Source: a virus
Reading direction: 5' to 3' (one strand)
Length of the DNA: 63,236 nt
IMG/VR virus record: IMGVR_UViG_3300045988_160579
The notes beneath the pieces are model-generated. The model did no database searches, was not told the origin of the DNA, and saw only the letters and a list, made by a program, of their open reading frames with translations. The translations under genes and the position numbers were made by a program. Numbering within the stretch: the stretch's first letter is position 1; each line of letters opens with the position of its first letter. This document shows, piece after piece, positions 7,194-16,700 of the stretch.

Positions 7194-8577
7194 GTTTTTT
7201 GATATGTTTAATTAGTTGTTTTCTATGGTTATATTTATTCTTCAATACAAACTTTTCAAAATGTCCTTCGATATAAACATATTCCCACCATTCAGGAAGC
7301 AACATCGCTGCAATTTTACGGCGGATATTGTACGTTGCAAAGTGTTTCATCAGGCCATAATAAGAGTTCATCGTACTCACAAACTTCTCAACATACGCTT
7401 CTGCAAATCCATTTTCAGCTATTCTATTAAATTTCCTGACAGCGTTATATGTGTTACCAACCACCCTGTTAGATACATAAATTCTACCAGGCAAAATGAA
7501 CGCCCCTACAAACAAGACTCCTTTTTTATAATGCTGAAGATACAGTTTGCGTGGATGCAACCGTAAAAGGAGTTGTTCTTTCAGGAAACCATCAAGAAGA
7601 TGGACTTTGGACAATATTTCTTCCGGTGATTTCACTACGATACAAAAGTCATCAACAAAGCGTACATAATATATGAATCCCAGTATTTCCATCACGAAAT
7701 AATCATATACAGACGCCAGAAAGTTGGCTATGAGTTGCGACGGCAGGTTCCCGATAGCCACTCCCCTGTCAGGGTCATTATGAAACAGACTTTTATTACT
7801 GGGAAGTTTGTCCCACATGGAGACGGGAGAGCGTCTGATACACTTATTTTGTGGACAATGAAAGATAGTAACGGCTAGAAGGTAAAGCAGACATTCAATA
7901 TCATCGCCTTTATAATTGTCCCTTACGAATATGTTCAGCATTTCCCATACCAACGATTTCGAGATAGACATGAAGAAACTGAACAGGTCATCTTTGAAAA
8001 TGTACGCATCGGCAGTATAATTCTCACTGACCTCGACTATCATGTTATTCAGATAGTGCACGGCAGACAGACATCCCTCACCTTTCCGGCAGTTCTTCGA
8101 GACGTTCCCTTGTTCCCGAAAACGTTCCTCTAAAATCGGCTCGATACGAAGAGCGATCCAGTGATGGACAACACGATCAATGAAAGCGGCGGCAAAAACC
8201 TCCCGATATACCGGGTAAGTCCGTATGAATACTTTTGAAAAGTCCGGTACATATTCACCGTAAATAATAGAATACCATAGCCGCACCAATGCAGACTGAT
8301 AATCATTATAAAACTCAACACAATCCGTACTCGTTCTTTTCTGTCTGGCACAATCTTCGGATGCTTCGAAAATACTGCTAAGAAGTATGTCATAGATTAT
8401 ATTACCTGTTGCGGCGAGGGGACGAACCCGGTTCGCGTTCTGGCGGTTGTTCGTGTTGACGTTGCCGTTGTTGAAGTTCACGTTCCAACTGCTGGAAGCC
8501 GTTGCATCCGCTATCTTAGTCTTTCCCGGCTCATCACCGGGGGGATGCCCAATAAATAATTCTAATTGCTCACTCAT
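7156..8577 (-). CDS. DGR reverse transcriptase (ORF includes the TR in frame at its 5' end)
   Basis: 473 aa. DGR-type motif AIGNLPSQLIANF, catalytic YYVRFVDDFCIV, and N-terminal RT motif AAAFIDRVVHHW. Only one in-frame ATG (8577) lies upstream of the RT domain. Confidence 0.9.
   Translation of the reverse strand: MSEQLELFIGHPPGDEPGKTKIADATASSSWNVNFNNGNVNTNNRQNANRVRPLAATGNIIYDILLSSIFEASEDCARQKRTSTDCVEFYNDYQSALVRLWYSIIYGEYVPDFSKVFIRTYPVYREVFAAAFIDRVVHHWIALRIEPILEERFREQGNVSKNCRKGEGCLSAVHYLNNMIVEVSENYTADAYIFKDDLFSFFMSISKSLVWEMLNIFVRDNYKGDDIECLLYLLAVTIFHCPQNKCIRRSPVSMWDKLPSNKSLFHNDPDRGVAIGNLPSQLIANFLASVYDYFVMEILGFIYYVRFVDDFCIVVKSPEEILSKVHLLDGFLKEQLLLRLHPRKLYLQHYKKGVLFVGAFILPGRIYVSNRVVGNTYNAVRKFNRIAENGFAEAYVEKFVSTMNSYYGLMKHFATYNIRRKIAAMLLPEWWEYVYIEGHFEKFVLKNKYNHRKQLIKHIKKHGSKKYLTAWDC
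8411..8499 (-). repeat. DGR template repeat (TR)
   Basis: 89-nt ungapped match to 9168..9256 with 12 differences, all at TR adenines (coding strand). Encodes Asn-rich NVNFNNGNVNTNNRQNANRV. Confidence 0.9.
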
Positions 8578-8591
8578 AATCCCCTTGGCGA

Positions 8592-8999
8592 TTATGACTC
8601 CGGCTTTGCGACTTGTTGCGATCCGTTAGCTTTTTGCCGTTGGAGATCTGCAACCGTTTTTTTGTACCAACCGGTACTTTGCTTACCGATGCTCTCTGCA
8701 AGCAGACAGATTTCGGCAGTTTGAGTCAGGCTGGTCAAATGTCGTTCTTCACACACTCTTAGCAGTAATTTCAATGCATCAAACTCACACAAAAACTTCA
8801 TCAGATAATCTGCACGATGCTCAAGGTTCATATCTGTATTTGCATAACGGATATATTCGCAACAATGAACGGCAAGCATCATCAACTCCGTACCAAATTC
8901 ATACCGGAACGCCTTGGGGAATTGTTGCCGGGCATCAATGATAAGGTTCAGAAGCTTATACATCGAATTTGATATAGGAAGGTCTTGTGTAAGTGCCAT
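8592..8999 (-). CDS. avd: Avd-like accessory variability determinant (four-helix-bundle protein)
   Basis: 135 aa. QFPKAFRYEFGTEL...IRYAN...YLMKFLCEFDALKLLLRVCEE...IGKQSTGWYKK fits the four-helix-bundle/Avd family. Located between the target gene and the TR. Confidence 0.75.
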   Translation of the reverse strand: MALTQDLPISNSMYKLLNLIIDARQQFPKAFRYEFGTELMMLAVHCCEYIRYANTDMNLEHRADYLMKFLCEFDALKLLLRVCEERHLTSLTQTAEICLLAESIGKQSTGWYKKTVADLQRQKANGSQQVAKPES

Positions 9000-9093
9000 G
9001 TTAATTTTTTAATATTTTAATGTATGTATTAGAGGGCGCAAAGTTAATAACTGTAAAGCAATTAACACAATTTTAGCTCAAAAAAGTGAAACT

Positions 9094-9117
9094 AAAAAGC
9101 CCCTACCGGGGCTTTTA
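9094..9117. terminator. symmetric hairpin between the VR gene and avd (terminator and/or DGR target-recognition hairpin)
   Basis: aaagcccc (9096-9103) pairs with ggggcttt (9108-9115) around a 4-nt loop, with an A-run and a T-run on either side. Sits 51 nt downstream of the VR end. Confidence 0.55.
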
Positions 9118-9145
9118 TTTAGCTAACTCTCTAAGGGATAAATAA

Positions 9146-9994
9146 TTAAAGGGATAAAGTGTTTATTGCGGCGAGGGGACGAACCCGGTACGCGCCCTGG
9201 CGGCTGTTCGTGCCGACGATGCCGTAGGAGAAGTACACGCTCCAACTGCTGGAAGCGTCATATTCGGTACTAGACCAATACCAGTCGTTTGTAAATATAT
9301 TTTGATTGCCAAACATAGAAGTTATGAGCTCATTGATTTCGGTTTTATACTTGGCCATAAGCATAAGTTCACCCAATGCGGGCAGGTTCCACACGGTTGT
9401 ATCTTCAATTCCGTCAGATTCAAGCGTACAGGCTTTATAGGCTCTGGCAACTTCGGCGGCAGGGGCGCCGACAGTTCCCTGGGTGTCCTTGACGCCTGCA
9501 AGGGTTTCTATTATAACATCGGTATTTTCCTTGCCGTCGAAGGTATCATAGAGTCCTTGGTTACCACTGCCGTAGTTTTTCAGGCCGCGTAGGTCGGTAC
9601 CGTAGCCACCCCATTTGAACGTTTTATTGCCGCCTGCGTCAACGCAGTCGCTTTTGGCGATAATGAACTGGTGGCATTCGGCGCGAAGTCGGATGCCGAT
9701 ACGGATATACTTGGAGCGATTATTCGCGCTCATGGAGTTCCATTCGGAAGCCGTGAAAAAGACTTGTTCACCGTCTTCAATCCGGAGCGTAGCCAAAGAA
9801 AGGTCAAGAAGCGTACCTGACCATTGCATATATTTGGCGATGTCGCTTGCGGGGGTGTTTTCATTCACGGTTGTAAAACCTATTGATTTTAAGGCTTCTA
9901 TCTGGTCTTGTTTATTCAAGCGCAGAAGCATGGCGTTGGCGATATTTTTATCCATTTTATTGTATAATATTAAGTTAATACTATTCGGAAGCAA
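9146..9994 (-). CDS. DGR target protein, fibre-tip protein with DUF1566/C-type-lectin-like C-terminus
   Basis: 282 aa. C-terminus WYWSSTEYDASSSWSVYFSYGIVGTNSRQGAYRVRPLAA carries the VR. Lies directly downstream of the giant fibre gene. Confidence 0.85.
   Translation of the reverse strand: MLPNSINLILYNKMDKNIANAMLLRLNKQDQIEALKSIGFTTVNENTPASDIAKYMQWSGTLLDLSLATLRIEDGEQVFFTASEWNSMSANNRSKYIRIGIRLRAECHQFIIAKSDCVDAGGNKTFKWGGYGTDLRGLKNYGSGNQGLYDTFDGKENTDVIIETLAGVKDTQGTVGAPAAEVARAYKACTLESDGIEDTTVWNLPALGELMLMAKYKTEINELITSMFGNQNIFTNDWYWSSTEYDASSSWSVYFSYGIVGTNSRQGAYRVRPLAAINTLSL
9168..9256 (-). repeat. DGR variable repeat (VR)
   Basis: See TR. Located in the last ~35 codons of ORF 9146..9994. The 3' 21 nt (ccgggttcgtcccctcgccgc on the coding strand) are A-free and identical to the TR (IMH-like). 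Confidence 0.9.
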
Positions 9995-10769
9995 CAGCTC
10001 TCACATGAAGAAGGGCTGAATTTTTGTTTTGATTCGTAATACGCCCGGTATTCAGTTCGAACGCCCAGGCGGAGTTAGTATCCCAAATTGTTGATGACCA
10101 GTAGTATTTATCAGTCATCAGCATACTGTCACTACTCCAAAAGGTACGCATCATCTCATTGATTTTATCGCGGTAGCGGTACATCAGAAGCATTTGGCCG
10201 GATGAAGGAAGGAACCAGTTGGATTCATCCTCGATACCGTCACTTTCCAAAGTGTAGGCACGGTATGCACGGGCGGCTTCGGCAGCCGGCGCACCGATTA
10301 CACCGCTATTGTTTTGGTCTTTCAGGCCGGTGATAATCAGGTCGGTATCTTCCTCACCCGTGAAGCAGCCGTACATGGCACCCAGTCCTTTTTGGTTCAG
10401 GCCGTCTATGGCTTTACCCTGACCGCCCCAATAGAAGGTAGTAGTCATATCGGCATTATAGCACTCCTGGGCGGCGATTACGAAGGAGTGTCCATGGGCA
10501 CGGATACGAAGCCCGCGTTTGATATACAGTTGCTTATTAGCGAGCGTAAGGGAGTTCCATTCGGCAGCAGTAAAGTATGCCTTGGAGTTATCCGAAATAC
10601 GATTACAGGCAAGATGCAGATCAAGCAGACCGGCGGCCCACTTGATACGTTGTCCAAATTCAGATGCGCGGGAATTCTCGGTGACATCCGAGAAGCCCAC
10701 GGCGTTCAGTGCTGCCACTTGTGCCTGTTTATTCAAGCGAAGCAGCGTTGCGCTTTGTTCATTCGTCAT
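9981..10769 (-). CDS. paralogous fibre-tip protein (DUF1566-like) without a recognisable VR
   Basis: 262 aa, collinear with the target protein (LLRLNKQ.Q..AL...GF ... APAAE.ARAY.A.TLESDGIED). C-terminus YYWSSTIWDTNSAWAFELNTGRITNQNKNSALLHVRAV has no nucleotide match to the TR. Confidence 0.8.
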   Translation of the reverse strand: MTNEQSATLLRLNKQAQVAALNAVGFSDVTENSRASEFGQRIKWAAGLLDLHLACNRISDNSKAYFTAAEWNSLTLANKQLYIKRGLRIRAHGHSFVIAAQECYNADMTTTFYWGGQGKAIDGLNQKGLGAMYGCFTGEEDTDLIITGLKDQNNSGVIGAPAAEAARAYRAYTLESDGIEDESNWFLPSSGQMLLMYRYRDKINEMMRTFWSSDSMLMTDKYYWSSTIWDTNSAWAFELNTGRITNQNKNSALLHVRAVASE

Positions 10770-10771
10770 AG

Positions 10772-13700
10772 TTACTTGTTGATTAAATCATTAATATCCA
10801 TATTGTCTTCAGCGAAGCGTTCGAGATATTCTTCGTAGGTTTCGCCGTTATAATATTCAAGGACTTCATTGATGTTGTCCAGCGTTACGTTATCGTAGTA
10901 CGGTTCTCCGCCATAAGACTCATTATTGAACCAGTTGATCAGGTCGATGTAGGCATCTATGACGGTAAGGATGACAAGGCCGTCGATACCGGATTCAAGG
11001 GATTCGATTTCATCCGTTTCACGGATAACTGTCAGTTCATACGTGCCGTTGACTACCGGTTTATCCTGTCTGTTGCCGTCCTCATCCATTCCGGCAACTC
11101 CATATTCGAGAATGGCAAGAAGCTCGGAGCCGTCAGCCTTCAGTGTCATGTTCGAGATACGGAGCATGGAAAGTTTACGGGATGCCGTTTGTGAAGCGAG
11201 GACGTCACGGAGCATCTGAATGGCGTCAAGTTTAGGCGACGTTTCAAGACGCAGGCGTTGGACGTTCGGCATGGATTCTATTTGCAGGCCGGACGGGGCG
11301 GAAAGACCTGTATAGGTCAGTTCAGGAAGACCGACAAAACGGAGGCTTGTCATTGTTGGTGGAAGAGAGATGTCATTAATCGGAGAAGTCTCTGCAAGAG
11401 TGATGTTCTCCAGTTTGCTACCGGACGCATTGATATGGGCGATACGTGGGCATTTGTCGGTGACGAGCGTAGCGATTTGTGTGTTCCGGATATCGAGTGA
11501 TACGAGGAAGGGCATTTCGCCGCAGTTCAGCGAGGTAAGCGGTGCGTAAGAACCGATGGATTGTTCTGTATGGGTGTCAGAGCCCAAGATAAGGGTTTCC
11601 ACAAGTTGCATGGCGGAGAAGCTCACCGTACTTGCCAGGGAGATTTCAGACAGGTCGAGCAGCTTCATGCGGTCAGCCTGATAGATATACAGCAAGGCGC
11701 CTTCCTCATGTGAGAAGTTGGTGAATACATATTCTTCGCCCGCTTCAAGGAAACAGCTTTCGGAAAGGTTGCCGCTAGCGTCATTGCCGACACCGAAGTA
11801 ACCGTTTTTAGCAGCGACAATCCGGATGGTGGCGTTTGATTTGGAAGATACGCGCCCGGAAATTACACCGCTGAAAAAATCACCGGTTTGGAAATAGCCG
11901 TCACGAATACGCCAACGTCTTTCGATGAAAGACGGAAGGGCGGTAAGTCCAAGACCTTGCAGGGCATAGAAGTAAATAGCATCAGAGGTGGCGGTATAGG
12001 AGATGTATTTCCGTTCACCGTCGTAAGAACTAACCAGTTTCTGCCATTTTTTGAGCCGTTTGTCAATGAAGAAATGCGTAGCTCCTTCGGGTGAGAACGG
12101 GTGCAGGGTGACGCCGTCAATGGTCGCCTGAACGTTACGCATGGCGGCGGCAACGGTACGCAGGGAGAGTTCCGTACCGGATGAGTCAGTCCACACTACT
12201 TGCTGGAGATAGATGTTATTAAACAGAACGGAGCCGTAGCCAGCATAAGGGTTAGTGAATGTTTCATCGCTCGTCCGGTTGGGGTCCACCTCGGCGTCAA
12301 CCGTGCAACCACCGTCGTTGTCCTTGCTATTGAGCGTATCGCAGTCATAGATTTTATTCAGGTACATGCGCATGGCATCCTCGGAGCTGTACACACCGTC
12401 TGTTACGGAAGCATACTCTTCCAAGAACCACATCGGCTGCATATTCTTGGCGCGTTGGTCAGTGGCGGCAAGGTAGTCGGTGAAGATGTCATAACTCAAG
12501 ACACTTTCTGGGCAGGCGAATTTATACAGGTTTTCCTTCCATGTTCTTTGCCAGTTCCCGCCTTTGGAGTAATCGCAGGAATCACAGAAGCGCAACCATC
12601 GGTAGAGGTTATAGGGCACTTTCTTACCCAAAGCGTAATCAATGGCGAGCTGGTCATCATCGACAAGCGATTCAAAGTAGTAAGTCCATGCCGGGAAGGT
12701 ATCAGCAGAGATAGTTCCGTTATCCACGAGTTTTTGAACCCATGAGGACTTGTCCGTTTTCATGGCCATCATATCCTGAACAGAACCGACGCCCTGAAAC
12801 CAGTCCATACCTTGGTAGTTAAGAAGTTCGAAACCTTCAACCGGATTCAGGACGTCACCGGTGACATTCCATTTGCCGTTTTCATACTTCATGGAACCGG
12901 ACTGCTTTTTCCATGAGCTGTCCTGATACCTCATTATCCGGTACGAACTACCGCAATACAGGGAAAGCAGGTACACGCTGTCCGTATCGAGTCCGTCAGT
13001 CTGTTTGAAGCGTATCTCAATTGCGTCTAAAGTTTCGTCAGGAGTACCGAAGAACTCTATGAAGTCACCATAATTCAGGCAACCTTTGTTATAGCCGGGG
13101 GTATCTTTGAAGCCGAGGGCGAACTGTTCCCCTTTGTCTTCTTTCCAGTTGCCTTTGGCATGGAAATAGACGTTTTGCAGGCTGTCATCCTTACACCGAT
13201 AGGTGGCTACCGGGTGATTGGCGGTAGAGTGGTTCATCTGCAAGTCTTCGATATGCAAGTCACCGCTGTCAAATGTTCCGTCAAATGCACGTTGGACAGG
13301 TGTCATATAGTTACCACCTAAGGCACGGTATGTAACGTTCATCATTTCACAGGCGCCGCAGTCGTTCGCATTGCCGGAATCGGAGTAATCGACTTTTACG
13401 GTAATGACATCGACCGGGATTGTATTATCACCGACCTGTACTTTGTTGATGGCAGCCAAGGCTATTGCACGGCGTCCTTCCTCCGTCGTATCGTCTGGAT
13501 TAAGTAGTATGATTCGAGTGTCCTTGTTTTTGCCTTTGCTCTTGGCGAGGTAGTAGCGTTTATTCTTTACCGGGCGTTTGGCAGAGGTGGTTCCCTGGTT
13601 GCGGGTTTGGACACTCACGGCCTTGAAGTTACGCCACGGGTGTTCGGGGTCAAAGTAATAGAGCGTGATGTATATCTTCGTACTGGTGGAAGTGGTGCCG

Positions 13701-16700
13701 TCCAGTGCTTCTATATCGGAGCCTTCATAGGGGCATTCGACAATGTAAGGCATACCGCGTGAATAGATTTCGGCAGCCGACGGGCGGCTTTGGGTACTAC
13801 CCTCGGCTGTCTGGCTTTTAAGGATGTCCTCAAAGGCGTATTCCTTCACCATTACCTCTGTATCGGTCAGACGGACAAGGTAGTTCTTGAACGCCTGTGC
13901 CCATTCCATATAGGAGTTCCAGGCCATCATGTAATAAAGATACAAATCACCCAGTTTGCCGTCCATCGTTATATACTTGGTCTGAATCAGGGAGCCGCCG
14001 CCCGGAACATAACCAAGGCAGGCGACTTCCTCACCGTTGAGGAAGAGTTTCATCATGGAATACCGTGTGCCGTCACGTTCAACGTAGTTGCTTGCAGGTT
14101 CAACAACCACGGCTACGGTTATCTTTTCACCCTGTCGATAGGCGCGTTCTTCACGACGGGAAACGCCATTGTTACAGAAGATGCCGACCACCCGGCCGGT
14201 GACATAGAAGCCGGCACCGGACGTTTCGTCATAGCAGCTAAGGAGCAGGGCATCATCATCGGTCACGTTCTTGGAAGCGAAAGCGAACTGGATGGCGGCA
14301 CCGTTGGATTCGATGGACGAGCCGGCAAACGGGGCATGGTTTAATGACACGCCCACATTCTCGGCTACGCGAAGGCAGTTCTCACCCAAGAATGTGCCAA
14401 AACCGTTGGTAGTCCAGTTGGCACCGTCCACTTTCATTTCATAATTACCGCTGACAATGCTATGGTCAGTTTCCTGATTGGTACGGGATGAGAAGTCAAA
14501 GTTATAGATGGCGCCTTCTTTTATGGCGGCGTCAATGGCGGAACCGCTAACTGTCACCCGGACAGGTTCGCTAGTCACGTCCTTGCATACGGCAGTATAG
14601 TTGACCGTATCGGTGCCGTCAGCCTTGTAGCCCTGCAGTTGTTGTTTGACCTGATAGGTTTTGTTACGACTGGCAGCAATTTGTGTTACCTGCACGTTAT
14701 TGGCTTTCACGCTGACGGGTGAAGTCATTTCCAACGGGTCATAACAGGCAACATCAAGTTCTACGGTTTCGTACAGTCGGACTACTCCACCGTTTTTATC
14801 ATCGTATCTCAAGGCGACAAGAGGTGTGGAACTATTCGGGTCAATTACCATGACAGCCGTGTAGATGACATTTCCTTTCACTCCGGATGCGACATCCGTT
14901 CCTTGGATGCGCAAGGGATAGGTACCGTGTTCTAGGCCGAGGGAAGCAGGGCGGATTACAACGGAGTGCGAGTAGTTGTCATTTACAACGGTGGTAGACA
15001 GGGATTGCCATTCACCATTAATCTTGATGTCAACCTGGGCACTGATACCTTTATCAGAGGTGTTGTTTCCGAACTTATAGAGTGGAAGGCTGAAACTTTC
15101 AGTTGTCGGAGTAAGCAGAGTTTCAGGGGTATAGTTGAGCACCTGCACACAGGTACAGGTAATATCAACAGCTGTTACATTGACATTCTTGGAACCGGTG
15201 TTGCCGCTTTCGTCAGTGGCTATCAGCTTGAATTTCCGAGTACCAGCAGCCGTAAAGTATGTGGTGAAGTCCAGTTCAAAGGAGAAGTCCTTCATGTCAC
15301 CGGAAGATGCTTTGTTGACGGTTTCAGTCCAGACGGTAAGCCCGCTTTCACGGTCTACGAGTTCCAGTTTCTCAATCAGGTTGTCAGAGGATTCGACACC
15401 GTTCGAGGTCACGGAACGAATGGCGGCAAAGGTTCGTAGCGTGGAGCCGTAAGAGCCATAGACAGGTGTCGACTGGAAAGCAATGGCAACAATGGTACCA
15501 CCAGTTTGACCGCCGCCACCCGTGCCGATAGCGAACTGCACTTCATCGCCAAGGGTTTCACCGGCAGCGTTCTTCATCTGAAGTTTTACAATGCCTTCTG
15601 TTTCCACGTTTACGTCGAGGTTGGCCGGAACATAGGCATAGGCGCCACCAGTTGAAAAGGCGTCCTTTCCCCCTTCCGCCGGTTCATCGGAAGTTTCAAA
15701 AACGGAACTGCCACCACCATTCCCGAAGGGTTTCCAAAGAGAAGGGGTCGCAAAATCGGACACAGCACCCTGGAACTGCCGGGTTTCCATTTCATACTCG
15801 CCTGTTTTGTAAGTAATGATGAGACCCGTTCGCTCATATTTGACGCCAGATTCCTGTTGATAGGAGACAATGGCGGCAATAGCGGTTTCAAGGGTATAGT
15901 AGCCGTCTTTCAATGGGCGGATCTCATCAACAATGACGATGGGGTGTGTTACATCGTCAGCGGGCGTGCCGCTCTTCATATCCTCAAGGGCTTGCTTATC
16001 CTCGGCGGACAAAAGGCCGGCTTGTTCAAGGGTAGCAGAAGGCAAACGGAAGCTGTCATCCGTTTCTTTACCGGTTGTTTTGGACACTTTTTTGAAAGAT
16101 ACATTGAGATAGGAAGCGTCAGACAGGACAGAGAATGAATCAGGTTTGATTATGTCGGAAGGGATATTTGTCATTGCATCCTCTAAAGCCTTTCCACGGT
16201 CGCCGGGGAAGGCTTCATCTTCACTTTCCCCAAGAGACAACGGTTCAGGCAGACATTCAGAAGGAACTTTACTTTCTTCGTTCAAAGGAGCGATACCGTT
16301 CGCTTTTCCTATCCTTTCCTCAAAGTCATTTATTACAGAGGTCCATTTGCCCCATGTAACACTCTCATTGGAAACAATACCTATTCGTGAGATTGTACAA
16401 ACTGTACCTAAATATACACCTTCGGCATTGTCTGACATGGTAGCCAGTTGTATACACGAAGTGAATGATTGACAAACCTTATTAAGCTCCAACCGTTCAA
16501 TTTGTATATTTACAGGAATCTTAGACGAATCAACAGACAAAATACACCGATAATTCCCAATAGAAGAATCCCCGGAATACATTGTTTTTAATTTATCTTT
16601 AAAGCTACCAATAGTAGTAAAAGAGCCAATACTTTTAAATGGGTCAGTCAAAGGATTGGATTTATCAGACACTCCTGTTATACGTTTCAATAACTCGGCG

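Noticed and set aside
7156-8577. The reverse transcriptase as a retron or group II intron RT rather than a DGR RT.
   Set aside because: The TR/VR pair with adenine-only mismatches, the Avd-like gene and the IGNLPSQL motif fit a DGR. I saw no flanking msr/msd-type inverted repeats and no intron RNA domains or maturase/endonuclease extension.
9990-10090. A possible second DGR variable repeat at the C-terminus of the paralogous tip protein (9981..10769).
   Set aside because: The protein fold signature is shared. However, codon-by-codon comparison with the TR shows no extended nucleotide identity, the differences are not adenine-specific, and the GC-rich IMH-like end (ccgggttcgtcccctcgccgc) is absent.
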